Shown here piece by piece: positions 10,058-20,475 of a DNA stretch of 64,000 bases (position 1 is its first letter; the number at the start of each line of letters is the position of its first letter). The translations under genes were made by a program, and so were the position numbers. The notes below the pieces were generated by a model. That model was not told the DNA's origin and did not search any database. It saw only the letters and a program-made list of their open reading frames with translations. Origin of the DNA: a virus. The stretch is from IMG/VR virus record IMGVR_UViG_3300044535_002275, positions 64,001 through 128,000 of that record; one strand, written 5' to 3'.

Positions 10058-11386
10058 ATGATAGAGCCATTTGTTTTTTGGACAACAGGAATAGTGTCAG
10101 GAATCGCAACCGGGATTCTGCCTGGCATTGGACCATTGGCTTTGGTAATACTTTTTTATCCTGTACTGATGTCCACTGATGTGCTATCAATCATGCTTTT
10201 TTACAGTGGCATGCTGGTGGCAGCACAATACACCGGTGCTGTCATTGGAGTTGTGGCCGGAGTACCGGGTGAAATATCGTCCACTGTAGCAGCAACATCT
10301 GGACATAAACTATTCAAAAAAGGCAAAGGATTTGACGCCTTGGGAATTGCTGCTATTGGTGGCACAACAGCATCGTTGATTGCTGTTTTTCTTGTTCCAA
10401 CAATTGCAAACTTATTTTACAATAATGCCAAGTTCTACAGTATTTTTGTGCAAGTGTTTATATTTTTGTCTATTATTATTTTGATGATCGTTTACAACAA
10501 AAATTATCTTGTTAATCTGGCATTGATAGCAACTGGATTTACCGCGGGATTGATTGGATATCATCCTAGTTTTGGATCCATAATGACATTCAATTCAATG
10601 ATTTTGGATCCTGGGATATCCATAACAGTTTTTTTATTTTGTATTTTTATTGTGCCTCAACTGTTGATGTTTGGTCGAATCAAATTCAACACAGCTAATT
10701 TACCCGGCAGACACAGTATGCGTCAGATAGTAAAACTTGCGGTCAATCGATATCAATCCATTCTCAGAGGATCGTTGATGGGAGTTTTGTTAGGGCTAAT
10801 ACCAGCTGTGGGCACATCTATTTGTAGCAATGTTGCGGCGTTTGTTGAGAAAAGAATCAATCGTCAGCAGTCCAAACAGTTGTCATCCGCAGAAGCAGCC
10901 AATAATTCTTCTGCAATCAGCAGTATGATTCCTTTGGTAGCATTTGGTATTCCGATTACTGCGTCCGAAATGGTAATTTACAATGTAATCAGTACCAGTA
11001 CTCCGTCGTTTGGATATGCATGGTTCCAAACATTGGCATTTGGAAATTTTACCAACCTGGATATCTTGTTATGCAGTCTTGTTATAGGTTCTGTTATTAT
11101 GACCTTTGTGGCTTGGAACTGTGCATCAACCATAATTAAAATAATATCCAAAATTTCTTTCTTACACATATACTCAACTGTTGTTGTAATTATTGTAGGT
11201 GCCATAATTTACCAAGCAATTGATCAATATCGAATCGACACTGACTTTATTTCTTTGTTGGTGTTGTTACCCATCGGATGGATTTGTTACAAGAAAAATA
11301 TCGACACATTGCCGGCAGTGTTGGCTTTTATGATAGCTAAACCGTGCTTGTCAGCAATGTCTATAGCAGTTCAATTATTAAATTAA
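10058..11386 (+). CDS. TctA-like tripartite tricarboxylate transporter permease
   Basis: Polytopic membrane protein with GILPGIG, GVPGE, GLIPAVG, EAANNS and FGIP motifs typical of TctA. Confidence 0.8.
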   Translation: MIEPFVFWTTGIVSGIATGILPGIGPLALVILFYPVLMSTDVLSIMLFYSGMLVAAQYTGAVIGVVAGVPGEISSTVAATSGHKLFKKGKGFDALGIAAIGGTTASLIAVFLVPTIANLFYNNAKFYSIFVQVFIFLSIIILMIVYNKNYLVNLALIATGFTAGLIGYHPSFGSIMTFNSMILDPGISITVFLFCIFIVPQLLMFGRIKFNTANLPGRHSMRQIVKLAVNRYQSILRGSLMGVLLGLIPAVGTSICSNVAAFVEKRINRQQSKQLSSAEAANNSSAISSMIPLVAFGIPITASEMVIYNVISTSTPSFGYAWFQTLAFGNFTNLDILLCSLVIGSVIMTFVAWNCASTIIKIISKISFLHIYSTVVVIIVGAIIYQAIDQYRIDTDFISLLVLLPIGWICYKKNIDTLPAVLAFMIAKPCLSAMSIAVQLLN

Positions 11387-11401
11387 AAGGAAATTTTTAC
11401 A

Positions 11402-12280
11402 ATGAAAAAATTAATTATTGCGTTTTTTATCGCAGCATCGTCGGTGGTTGGTGCTGCAGATCTAACCTATTATCAACTGTCGTCCCGTACTGAGCCCACT
11501 GTGTTGATTCAGGATGCATGGCTTGATAGCCTGAAATCCACAGGCATCTCGGTCACCGCCAAACGAGGAATGGGTTGCGGAGGTATGACCGCTTACCAAG
11601 CTGATCCTGCTGCCAAATTAGTTTATTTTTCAGGCGGTCGTTACTGGCTCAGTCTGCAAAAAAATGAAACAGCTTGTGTCATCGACTTGGACTCAATTGA
11701 ATGGGTGGCCACTGTGTCTGATCCGTATTTGATGTGCTCACTGACAGATTCCCCAATTCGGGATAGAGATTCTTTTAGACAAAAAAAGCAACTGACCATT
11801 GGCAGTACCGGCGCAGCGCCATTTGGTAGTTGGATCAGCGATTACAATCGCAAAAATCACACAACTCACAAATCTATTTCTTTTGGCAACAGCACTGAAG
11901 CAGCAATGGCCCTACTGGCCCGAGATATACAGGTGGCTGTGTTGCAGGCTATTGCTGCCAAAAAACACATATCAAGTGGAAAAATAAAATGCTTTGCCTC
12001 AACAGCAACATCTTCTGACCTGGCGAATTTCTCCAGTTTGCACCCTACAGGGGATAAAGTAATAAATGAATACACATCAACATTTGCGTTAGGAGCAGTT
12101 GGATTATCGCATGATATGTTATTGCGTGTGAGACAAGCAATAAGCAGCACATCGGTTGATGTCAGCACAACTGGTTTTAAAATTCGTTATATCACAACCG
12201 ACAAAGAACAACAGGACGGTAAGAAAATGATTAAATCGTTGATCACCGACGTGTTGCAAATTACAAAAACAAGCAGATGA
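11402..12280 (+). CDS. TctC/Bug-like periplasmic substrate-binding protein
   Basis: Signal peptide; EAAMALLARDIQV resembles Bug-family segments; adjacent to tctA-like gene. Confidence 0.55.
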   Translation: MKKLIIAFFIAASSVVGAADLTYYQLSSRTEPTVLIQDAWLDSLKSTGISVTAKRGMGCGGMTAYQADPAAKLVYFSGGRYWLSLQKNETACVIDLDSIEWVATVSDPYLMCSLTDSPIRDRDSFRQKKQLTIGSTGAAPFGSWISDYNRKNHTTHKSISFGNSTEAAMALLARDIQVAVLQAIAAKKHISSGKIKCFASTATSSDLANFSSLHPTGDKVINEYTSTFALGAVGLSHDMLLRVRQAISSTSVDVSTTGFKIRYITTDKEQQDGKKMIKSLITDVLQITKTSR

Positions 12281-13371
12281 AATACGGATATTACGAAGTA
12301 GCTGGTAAACAGTACGCCAGCAAATTGCAGGCAATAGAAGAGGCTACCCCAAACGGCTGGTGGCCTCATTGGAATTTCCATGAAAAATATTTTTCGTCAG
12401 TGGATTGGTCTGTTGAACCAGAGGAATCTCTGTCGGTATTATATCAACGTCGTGCAAAAGAAATCAGAGAACAACACAGTCGTGTGTACCTGCACTACAG
12501 CGGTGGATCGGACAGCTGGCAGGTTGCATATTCATTCTTGACTGCTGGATTGAAAATTGATCGTTTGATTTACCGGTCGTATGAATTTGTAAAAGATTTC
12601 AAAACAATAGGAGCAGAAAATTTAAATGCCGAAGGCAAATTATCAGCTTATCCATCCTACAAGGCCTTGCTGGAACTAGATCCCACTCTCAAATGGGAAA
12701 CTTGGGAAACAGGCGACGACATGTTAAAATTATGGGCAAACACAAAGCTTGATACCACTTTATTGAATATACCGCAACCATCAATTATTTCTAGATTAAA
12801 TTTGATCAAAAACTCATTTAATCTAACAGACCAATCAACTGCCAACATATATGGCATTGAAAAACCGAATCTGTATTACGAAGATGGCAATTTTTATCTA
12901 TTTTTTCCAGATCATGCAGTGAACTTTCAGTGCTTTAACGAAAACAATCAAAACAATATTTTGTTTTTTTGGGACAACACTCCGGCTGCAATCGACATAT
13001 TGAAAAAACAAGTACATCTAGTTAAGAAATGGTTTTTAAAAAATCCACAACATATACACAAGATTGCAAGTCGTAAATCTCGTGATGCTGATTGGTATAA
13101 TCGTGTTGTTGCCAACATTGTTTATCCAGATTACAAATTGACCTGGCAAACAAAAAAACCTGCTCGAATTGTTAAAATTGAAACTACTAATTGGTTTTAT
13201 CAAATAAGCCCAGATCAGCCGGAATGGAAAGCATACCAGGCATGGCGCAGATACGTGGTCGAACAAAGCGAACGCATTAAAATAGCCATGAAAGACTTCC
13301 CGGAATTTCAGAAGAAAGAGGAAGATTTGAATGTTCTTCCTACGTCGTGGAGTAAGTTATACAAAGTATAA
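12277..13371 (+). CDS. PP-loop (adenine nucleotide alpha hydrolase-like) protein
   Basis: YSGGSDS PP-loop motif. Confidence 0.6.
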   Translation: MKYGYYEVAGKQYASKLQAIEEATPNGWWPHWNFHEKYFSSVDWSVEPEESLSVLYQRRAKEIREQHSRVYLHYSGGSDSWQVAYSFLTAGLKIDRLIYRSYEFVKDFKTIGAENLNAEGKLSAYPSYKALLELDPTLKWETWETGDDMLKLWANTKLDTTLLNIPQPSIISRLNLIKNSFNLTDQSTANIYGIEKPNLYYEDGNFYLFFPDHAVNFQCFNENNQNNILFFWDNTPAAIDILKKQVHLVKKWFLKNPQHIHKIASRKSRDADWYNRVVANIVYPDYKLTWQTKKPARIVKIETTNWFYQISPDQPEWKAYQAWRRYVVEQSERIKIAMKDFPEFQKKEEDLNVLPTSWSKLYKV

Positions 13372-13389
13372 ACTAAGACACTGCGATTT

Positions 13390-13992
13390 TTACATTGCAG
13401 GGCCGTTACCGTTCCTAAAACCCACTACCCCACCTTCGGCTTCGATACGTTTGATTGCGTCTTCAAAAAGAATAGGTGCAAAATCAGTTTGTTCAACACA
13501 AACACAGTGATATCTAGGATCAATTTGATCGCTGTAAAGGACCTCTCCGGTACGAGCATCAACCCCGCGCGGTTTCATAACACGATTGGCATGGAGGTGA
13601 CCGTGTATGTTTACACCAAATCGTCCAAGGCTCTCAGGATGGACAGGAATATGACTAAGAATCATTCCGTTCATGACATGGTATGCACGAAGTTCGCGGA
13701 AGTACTGTCTGTATTCGTCATCCCGAAAGATGTCGTGATTACCGCGAATAAGCACTTTATCGCCGTTGAGACGGGCAAGTGTAGACATTGCTCGTCGGTT
13801 AATGACTACATCTCCGAGATGGTATACTTTGTCATTTGGACGCACACGTTCGTTCCAACGCTCAATCATGGCTTCATCCATTTCTGCCGGATCGTCCCAC
13901 GGACGAAGTTTAGTCACACCGTCGTTGCGCACAAAGCGACACACGCCAGCATGCCCAAAATGTGTATCACTTACAAGAAAAACTGCTGGCAT
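13390..13992 (-). CDS. Calcineurin-like metallophosphoesterase
   Basis: DTHFGH, HLGD, GNHD, HGHLH motifs. Confidence 0.9.
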   Translation of the reverse strand: MPAVFLVSDTHFGHAGVCRFVRNDGVTKLRPWDDPAEMDEAMIERWNERVRPNDKVYHLGDVVINRRAMSTLARLNGDKVLIRGNHDIFRDDEYRQYFRELRAYHVMNGMILSHIPVHPESLGRFGVNIHGHLHANRVMKPRGVDARTGEVLYSDQIDPRYHCVCVEQTDFAPILFEDAIKRIEAEGGVVGFRNGNGPAM

Positions 13993-14004
13993 GATTGCCT
14001 CCTT

Positions 14005-14274
14005 TTATTTTTTACTTGAGTTGGATGCCAACAATGCCATGGTTGCCATGGCCTCTGACTTTACCCCAATCCAATAAACTTTAAACCCATCTCGAGCTGC
14101 TCGATAACCAAATTTTGACTTCCACGGTGAATCTCGCCTGTACTGACCGCCAAAATGGCGTTCCATTGTCCGTTCCATATTGCCAGCCACAACACTGTAG
14201 TGGCTGAAACGAAAAGCATGAGTATAACCATCACGGTACAGACTGTGAGTTTTGTTTAGTTTTATCAACTTCAT
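14005..14274 (-). CDS. Hypothetical protein
   Basis: Packed ORF. Confidence 0.5.
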   Translation of the reverse strand: MKLIKLNKTHSLYRDGYTHAFRFSHYSVVAGNMERTMERHFGGQYRRDSPWKSKFGYRAARDGFKVYWIGVKSEAMATMALLASNSSKK

Positions 14275-14378
14275 TTTATTGACTCAGTTTAATTGCTGCC
14301 CATATAAGAACAGCAGCAACAAGACCAGATACTACAAGAGCAGCAATCACAATTAGCGCAGCCACTATCAAGTCCACG

Positions 14379-14579
14379 CTACACCATCTGCTCGTAAAAT
14401 CCGTACCGGGCAGAGTAAGCATCGAGTGCTTCCAACTCACGCACCAAGGTCCAGCGTCCTACACCAGCCATGCGTTTACGAAATCCGTGTACAGACTTAT
14501 GATAGTCTGACAAAATTTCAGCTAGATCAGCATCGCTGTATTGACTCTTAAACCAATCAATCTTGTTTGATGATTGCAT
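14379..14579 (-). CDS. Hypothetical protein (start MQSSNK)
   Basis: AAGGAG Shine-Dalgarno; SDYHKSVHGFR segment. Confidence 0.55.
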   Translation of the reverse strand: MQSSNKIDWFKSQYSDADLAEILSDYHKSVHGFRKRMAGVGRWTLVRELEALDAYSARYGFYEQMV

Positions 14580-14601
14580 TACATTTCTCCTTGGTCCGAG
14601 A

Positions 14602-15060
14602 TTAAACAGCAACTTCGTCGTTGTCTTGAGCAACCTGGCTCATGGGGTTTGGGTAGTAGGCCATACCGCCGTTGCCAACTGGGAAAGCAATAAACTGCAT
14701 GGCAGCCAATTCCTTGGCAGTAAGTTCACGTGGCTCTGATGCCGCCGTCTTTTTAGACTTGGTTACTTTGACTTTGACACGGACTTCTCGTTTGGCTTTA
14801 GGAGCCTTGGCAAAAGGATTCTCATCCTTGACCTGAGCTGTCAAAAATGCAGTAACTTCTGCTTCGGCATTGCTGTACAGTTGGATAACAGCCTTTACAG
14901 CTTCGTTTTTTGTAGAAACTGGCACAGCCAACTTGATGATGTTGATATCAGTGTCGCCTAACTTGGCCAACTGCTCAATGCGCTTTTCGTCAGTGGCAGT
15001 ACGGAATTTGAGCTCGCCTGCTACACGGCTATAACCTGCAAAAGAGATTAGTTTAGACAT
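14602..15060 (-). CDS. Hypothetical early protein, Lys/Ala-rich
   Basis: GGAG Shine-Dalgarno and tandem promoters upstream. Confidence 0.65.
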   Translation of the reverse strand: MSKLISFAGYSRVAGELKFRTATDEKRIEQLAKLGDTDINIIKLAVPVSTKNEAVKAVIQLYSNAEAEVTAFLTAQVKDENPFAKAPKAKREVRVKVKVTKSKKTAASEPRELTAKELAAMQFIAFPVGNGGMAYYPNPMSQVAQDNDEVAV

Positions 15061-15090
15061 TTACTGCTCCTGTTTTGTTAGTGTAAGTAC

Positions 15091-15310
15091 ATTATAACCG
15101 AAAGGGCTTTTCTGGTCTACCAAAATATGCAAAAAAGCAACATAAAAACTAGGAAAAACTCTGCTACGCCCATTAAAACAAGTGTGGCAAAATTACAACA
15201 TACGCTGTTGAGGTGCTTTTTAGCATGTTCTTAGTATAACAAACACACGATTTTAAGTCAATAAAAAAAGCCCCATTTTGGGGCTTGATTTTTGTTGCAT
15301 TTTTACAACA
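15091..15310 (-). promoter_or_regulatory. Two tandem sigma70-type promoters, three palindromic boxes and a terminator
   Basis: TAGACC-17-TATAAT (15119-15091); TTGACT-17-TATACT (15261-15233); boxes at 15125, 15183, 15293; hairpin AAGCCCC/GGGGCTT with T tract at 15263-15286. Confidence 0.7.
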
Positions 15311-15313
15311 TTA

Positions 15314-15652
15314 TTACTCAGTATCGGTTACAATAGTACCCAAATAAGTCCAACCGGCTGCTTCATCGGCAGCAAGAGCTGCACTGTCACTGTATCCATA
15401 TGACACTCTTATTGCTTCATATTCATCGCCGTTAGTTACATGCTTATTAATGGATAAAATGAACGTTTCCTGATCCCACTCGTACGTGATTGGCTCTAAC
15501 AAAACTCCGTCAGCAAGTGCAGCATTATTGCCTTCTGTTACAGATAGTTCTAGTTCCGCTGGGTATAAAGAATTTTTATTGGCATACGCTTCGTTGCCAT
15601 CTACAAAGATTGCATTATCTTTCTCGTATTGTATTTTCAATAATTGTGACAT
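15314..15652 (-). CDS. Acidic hypothetical protein (late promoter)
   Basis: ATAAATA motif about 30 nt upstream, AAGGA Shine-Dalgarno. Confidence 0.6.
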   Translation of the reverse strand: MSQLLKIQYEKDNAIFVDGNEAYANKNSLYPAELELSVTEGNNAALADGVLLEPITYEWDQETFILSINKHVTNGDEYEAIRVSYGYSDSAALAADEAAGWTYLGTIVTDTE

Positions 15653-15721
15653 AGAATATCCTTAACAGTGTTATGAAATTATTTATGATTGGTTTAATAA
15701 AGAAAACTAACATGTTGTTTG

Positions 15722-16141
15722 TTATTTTGTTCTATCAACAATATCCTTGTATCCGGACCAACTGGGATGAATCCCGTCTTTCTGTAATCCGCGAATTGGT
15801 AAAACTGTATCTCCGTATTCAGCAGCCACAGCCTTTACATAATCTTGAATTGTTTCAATTGGTACTTCACTGCCTTTTAAGTTGCCAGCTGGCAGTACCC
15901 AAAAGACTCGATTGCTTTTGACACGAGCCCGCATCTTACGCAATTCTTGCGTTGTCTTAATGTATTTGTGATCATTAGTTGCCAGACTGATAATAACAAC
16001 ACTGGCTGTTAAATTAGCAGCAGAATACATGTTATTCCATTGCCATGTATTGATACCGCCTTTGCCTACTAGTTCGCATTGTGGTGCAAATTGTTTGGTA
16101 CCTACTGCAATTGAGTCACCTAATATTAAACATTCCAGCAT
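15722..16141 (-). CDS. SGNH/GDSL hydrolase-like protein
   Basis: GDSIA block I, ATND block III, DGIHP block V. Confidence 0.8.
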   Translation of the reverse strand: MLECLILGDSIAVGTKQFAPQCELVGKGGINTWQWNNMYSAANLTASVVIISLATNDHKYIKTTQELRKMRARVKSNRVFWVLPAGNLKGSEVPIETIQDYVKAVAAEYGDTVLPIRGLQKDGIHPSWSGYKDIVDRTK

Positions 16142-16162
16142 AATCGTCCCCGTAAAAATATA

Positions 16163-16438
16163 TTATAACATAATTACAGCGATCAGTGCTTGTCTATTAT
16201 CCCAAAATGCCCAATACCATTTTTGATGCGTGTCTCTTGATAAAAACACCGGCTTGGCATTGTATTTTTCTAAAAGTTGGTTGGCATCGTCCCAGGTTGT
16301 ATTTCGTCGATGCCGGTCTAAAATGTCAATTTCTAATAAGACTTGAGGCGGATCGACTGAGTATTGAGCCCTCAGTCGATCCGCCTCATAGTAAGGAATA
16401 TGCTGTTCTAACCAGATATTCCAGTCATAAACTCGCAC
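16163..16438 (-). CDS. Hypothetical protein
   Basis: Packed ORF. Confidence 0.5.
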   Translation of the reverse strand: MRVYDWNIWLEQHIPYYEADRLRAQYSVDPPQVLLEIDILDRHRRNTTWDDANQLLEKYNAKPVFLSRDTHQKWYWAFWDNRQALIAVIML

Positions 16439-16450
16439 ACTGCGTTCCTA

Positions 16451-16894
16451 TTACTCGCCTGCTTCTGCTTTGTATGCGTCTAATGCTCGCTGATAGCGAT
16501 TGGCATGTGAGCGTTCTGCTTTGGCCAAAGTCTCAAACCAGTCAGCGACTTCGTCAAAGCCTTCGTCGCGAGCAGTTTTGGCCATGCCTGGGTACATGTC
16601 GGTGTACTCGTGTGTTTCACCGTGAATTGCTGCTTCCAATGCTTCCTGTGGTGTTGTACCTGGCATGCCTGTTCCGGGTTCGCCTGCTCCGCCGTTGATC
16701 AAGAATTCCATGTGACCGTGTGCATGTCCTGTTTCGCCTTCGGCTGTGGAACGGAACAAAGCTGCTACATCAGGAGCACCTGCTACATCACACAAGTTTG
16801 CAAAATACAAATAACGGCGATTGGCCATTGATTCACCTGCAAATGCTTCTTTTAGGCACTCTGCTGTTTTACTACCTTTTAGACTTTCTGACAT
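16451..16894 (-). CDS. Rubrerythrin-family ferritin-like protein (no rubredoxin domain)
   Basis: [37 protein letters not shown] di-iron motifs. Confidence 0.92.
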   Translation of the reverse strand: MSESLKGSKTAECLKEAFAGESMANRRYLYFANLCDVAGAPDVAALFRSTAEGETGHAHGHMEFLINGGAGEPGTGMPGTTPQEALEAAIHGETHEYTDMYPGMAKTARDEGFDEVADWFETLAKAERSHANRYQRALDAYKAEAGE

Positions 16895-16949
16895 GTAATA
16901 CTCCTTGTGATATAAAATGTGTGTATCAGTATTACTACTGACTTGAACT

Positions 16950-17038
16950 ATTATATATGATTTTAACTCTATAAGTCAATGTATTTTTATAGGTTTTTTC
17001 TATTGTATTTTTTAATAGGCAACATTGATGTTTTCTAT
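16950..17038 (-). promoter_or_regulatory. Rubrerythrin promoter with OxyR/LysR-like boxes
   Basis: TTGACT-18-TATAAT; ATAG-N7-CTAT at 16989-17003 and ATTG-N7-CTAT at 17024-17038. Confidence 0.55.
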
Positions 17039-17101
17039 GTACACTGAAGACAAACTTGTGTTGACTAAATATTAGTGGAGCACTTAAAAAAAGAGAACAA
17101 T

Positions 17102-17383
17102 ATGAACGAAATATTCAAACTGATTTCAGATCTGGGATTTCCCATTGCCGCTGCTATTGCCGGCGGATACTTTGTATATCTAACTATTAAACTGTTACTG
17201 GCCGGTGTACTGTCTGCTGTCAAAGGCATGGCTGGCATCATCACTGCTTTAGATAACCGTGTCAAAACTATGAACCACGACGTGGTGCGCATTGACGCAG
17301 TGGTATCAAATGCCTTGGGTCTCAGACCAGATGTTGAGCGTATTGCCCGAGCTGACGGCAAGAACGACGCACGTCGAGATTGA
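17102..17383 (+). CDS. Small membrane protein, YvrJ-like N-terminus
   Basis: LISDLGFPIAAA TM segment plus coiled coil; paralog of 17543-17842. Confidence 0.6.
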   Translation: MNEIFKLISDLGFPIAAAIAGGYFVYLTIKLLLAGVLSAVKGMAGIITALDNRVKTMNHDVVRIDAVVSNALGLRPDVERIARADGKNDARRD

Positions 17384-17568
17384 TCATGGTAAGAGAAGAT
17401 TGGATAGCCGAACTTCGCGACTTGGCAAAGCGCATTGATTTAGCTGGCCAGCCGCACATTGCCAACAGCATGAGATACGACGCTGATCGACTGGAAATGA
17501 TAGTAGAAAAAACAAAAATAACTCAAACAAAGGAAGAAATCAATGGGCGACATAGCAGATTTAATTAG
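17380..17568 (+). CDS. Hypothetical protein
   Basis: Bridges the two YvrJ-like paralogs. Confidence 0.4.
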   Translation: MIMVREDWIAELRDLAKRIDLAGQPHIANSMRYDADRLEMIVEKTKITQTKEEINGRHSRFN

Positions 17569-17842
17569 CAAGTACGGATTTCCTATCGTAGCAGCAGTAG
17601 GCATGGGCATGATGATCAAGTATGTGTGGACCTGGGCCACAACCGAAATTAAGCCGGTTATCAGCGATGCCAACACAGTTCTTATTGCCTTAATCGATCG
17701 CATTCGTATGTTAGACAACGACTTGATTCGATTGAATCAAAAGGTCAATACTGTGCTACATTTACGCGGCAAAACAATCGAACACGAGCGTGTGCAAGCA
17801 GAAGAAGAAATCAATCAAAAAATCACGGAAGATAAAAAATGA
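17543..17842 (+). CDS. Small membrane protein, YvrJ-like N-terminus
   Basis: LISKYGFPIVAA TM segment; LIDRIRMLDNDLIR resembles LDNRVKTMNHDVVR of its paralog. Confidence 0.6.
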   Translation: MGDIADLISKYGFPIVAAVGMGMMIKYVWTWATTEIKPVISDANTVLIALIDRIRMLDNDLIRLNQKVNTVLHLRGKTIEHERVQAEEEINQKITEDKK

Positions 17843-18180
17843 AATATCTTACTGCAGCATTATTAGCCGTAACCTTAACTGGCTGTAGCTTACTACCGCG
17901 AGCACATGATCCTGTTATGTTTGGACAATTGGTAGTATTAAGCCTGCAAGTTGAATCTGTAGATTGCGATCGACCCAATTGGCAACCGGCTGTGCAGCAA
18001 TCACAGGCTTTGTCACGTTATACAGCCTGGCGACGAGATCCGCAGGCCGACAATCTTGCAGGGCTACATAAGCATGTAGAACGCATGAATCAAGGTGGTA
18101 GCAAAACATTCTGCGAACTGGGAAAGCAAACAGCAGCAGGAAGAATTTCAGCAGCTCGAACAGCATGGGAAGGAAGATGA
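17839..18180 (+). CDS. Lipoprotein
   Basis: Lipobox LTGC. Confidence 0.65.
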   Translation: MKYLTAALLAVTLTGCSLLPRAHDPVMFGQLVVLSLQVESVDCDRPNWQPAVQQSQALSRYTAWRRDPQADNLAGLHKHVERMNQGGSKTFCELGKQTAAGRISAARTAWEGR

Positions 18181-18419
18181 TAAATTCAATTGACGTGTTA
18201 GAACAACTCAAACTGGTAGATCCGGTGTTTACCGGCATTGCAACAGAAATGCAAGCAATTGAGGATGCGTATGCCCGCGGTGATCTGTCTGCTGAAGAAC
18301 GACATCATTTAATATCCGAAATGCGTGACGTTCGTGCTGCCGAAGTCTGCGCCGGTAATGAAATTGCATTCCGTCACTTGGTACAGGTCTGTACACTGAT
18401 ACTAAGCGTGGTCAAGTGA
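18177..18419 (+). CDS. Hypothetical protein
   Basis: ATGA-coupled to the lipoprotein gene. Confidence 0.5.
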   Translation: MINSIDVLEQLKLVDPVFTGIATEMQAIEDAYARGDLSAEERHHLISEMRDVRAAEVCAGNEIAFRHLVQVCTLILSVVK

Positions 18420-20471
18420 TTACTTGCTTTGTGCTATAAACACGCCGTTCCAGTCGCCGGGCAGTCGCTGTGTCTTTTGAAACTCGCAGCGTTCAATCCA
18501 CATGGTATAGTAATCAGTCATTCGACCATCAAACTCTGATTTCAGCTGTTCACACATTTCGATTGCTTGATCAAATTTCTGAGCACGATACAGACGGTGC
18601 ATTTCGTCGTGTTCTCTTTGTGATCTAACCTGTCGCAGTGTAGCATCACCAATGGCACTTAACACAGTGTAGATACCAACCCCAACTGACTTGCCTTTCA
18701 CGGCCAAGTCATCTATCTTGAGAAACAAGAACGCATCTCCGCACTGTTTGACTGTGTTCTCTCCAACCAACAGTACACAACCATATTCTTTACACTTGCT
18801 TTCAATGCGAGCTGTAGTACTCACAGCATCACCTAACACATCATAACTGTGTCGTGCAGTTGATCCCATTTCACCTATGTAGCCTAATCCTGTATTGATA
18901 CCAGCACCCATCTTAACACCTGGACGACCTCGAGCTTCTAATTCTCGACTAAACTCTTTGACTGCTTGAACCATTTTGAGTCCCACTGCCACAGCAGTCC
19001 GAGCGTGGTCGGGATCATCAATAGGAGCATTGTGTATGTGCATTGACGCATCGCCGATGTACTTGATGATCATACCGTTGGCTTCTAATACTGGTCGAGT
19101 GATAGCATCCATGTAGCCGTTCATGACTTCTGTCAAGCCTTTAACATCGTCTCCGAAACTTTCTCCTAATGGTGTAAAGCCGCGCAGATCACTGAAGCAG
19201 ATTGATACTTCTTTTTTAACACCCTTCTTGATCAGGTCAGGATTCTCTTGCAGCAGACGAACCACAGTAGGGCTGGCATAACCAGCAAATTGTTTCTTGA
19301 TGGCTTGCTTCTGTAGGAACTCGCTTACAAACTTAACACCATAAGCATGCAGAAGAACAAGACCCAGGCCCACAGCGATAGCAGTACTATCCACGAGCCA
19401 ACTATAAGCAGAAAACAGATATACACTACCACCGATACTGCCAGCAAGCACGACAACAGCAGAAATAATTCCAACATAAACCCACCTTGTTAACATTAAT
19501 AATATGATACTCAACACAACCAGTGCTACAATTTCGGCACCATCTGCCCAGTCAGGTCTTTGAATCGCAACACCGTTTAACAGTGTACCTACTACAGCGG
19601 CCTGTACTGCATGCGGATGAACAGCACCTAGACCGGTTGCCACTGGATTACTGATACCAGCAGCAGTTGGGCCCACAATGACCAAGGCACCATCAAACGA
19701 TTCGGGCAATGCAGTCATGGTGGCCGAATGTGCAGTCTGGCTCCAGTCGATCCATACACGGCCCAGGCTGTCGGTAGCAACAGGGCCAAACTTGGGAATA
19801 CGTATGCGTTCTACTCCTGACTCATTTAGTTTGACTTGGAATGTGGTATCGGATGCAGCCACTCGCATGATTTCAAATGCCAGGCTGGGGTACAAGCGAT
19901 CGCCCACAGCAATCACCAACGGCATGCGTCTATTGACACCGTCTAATTCAGGCAAGGTATGGACAGTGCCTACTCCCCGTGCTGGTCGTTCTAATTCTGG
20001 GATGTTGGCGATCATGCCAGGATATGACACAATGCGATCCAAGTATTGCGATCCAATCACAGCAGATCCAGGTCTACGTGGAGTATTTTTATTTTGTTCT
20101 GCTGGGATGTTGGGCAAGATTACCAGGTGCTTTTGCATTACAGACGACAATGCAGCATCGCCGCCGGCACGATCTGTTTCCGGCATCAGTACATTGAATA
20201 CCACTAGCCCAGCATCACGACGATACAGTTCTTCGATCAACTCAGCATAAACTGTTCTGGGAAAGGGCCATTGGCCATGTTTATTGATTGCAGCTTCGTC
20301 TATGTCCACAGTCCAAATTTCATTAACAGTGGGAGCCTGATTAACAATAAGCGTATCAAAGTATCTCAAGCGAACGCTTTCAACAAATGCAGGATCTGCT
20401 GCACGAATAACCACAATCAAGGCCAAAGTAACAACAGCAGTCCAAGGACTTAGCAAGATCTTTTTTATCAT
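18420..20471 (-). CDS. CHASE2-domain class III adenylate/guanylate cyclase
   Basis: GQWPFPR and DGVNRR CHASE2 motifs, TM helices, FSDLRGFT, KYIGDA and GDAVSTTARIE cyclase motifs. Confidence 0.93.
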   Translation of the reverse strand: MIKKILLSPWTAVVTLALIVVIRAADPAFVESVRLRYFDTLIVNQAPTVNEIWTVDIDEAAINKHGQWPFPRTVYAELIEELYRRDAGLVVFNVLMPETDRAGGDAALSSVMQKHLVILPNIPAEQNKNTPRRPGSAVIGSQYLDRIVSYPGMIANIPELERPARGVGTVHTLPELDGVNRRMPLVIAVGDRLYPSLAFEIMRVAASDTTFQVKLNESGVERIRIPKFGPVATDSLGRVWIDWSQTAHSATMTALPESFDGALVIVGPTAAGISNPVATGLGAVHPHAVQAAVVGTLLNGVAIQRPDWADGAEIVALVVLSIILLMLTRWVYVGIISAVVVLAGSIGGSVYLFSAYSWLVDSTAIAVGLGLVLLHAYGVKFVSEFLQKQAIKKQFAGYASPTVVRLLQENPDLIKKGVKKEVSICFSDLRGFTPLGESFGDDVKGLTEVMNGYMDAITRPVLEANGMIIKYIGDASMHIHNAPIDDPDHARTAVAVGLKMVQAVKEFSRELEARGRPGVKMGAGINTGLGYIGEMGSTARHSYDVLGDAVSTTARIESKCKEYGCVLLVGENTVKQCGDAFLFLKIDDLAVKGKSVGVGIYTVLSAIGDATLRQVRSQREHDEMHRLYRAQKFDQAIEMCEQLKSEFDGRMTDYYTMWIERCEFQKTQRLPGDWNGVFIAQSK

Positions 20472-20475
20472 AAGT

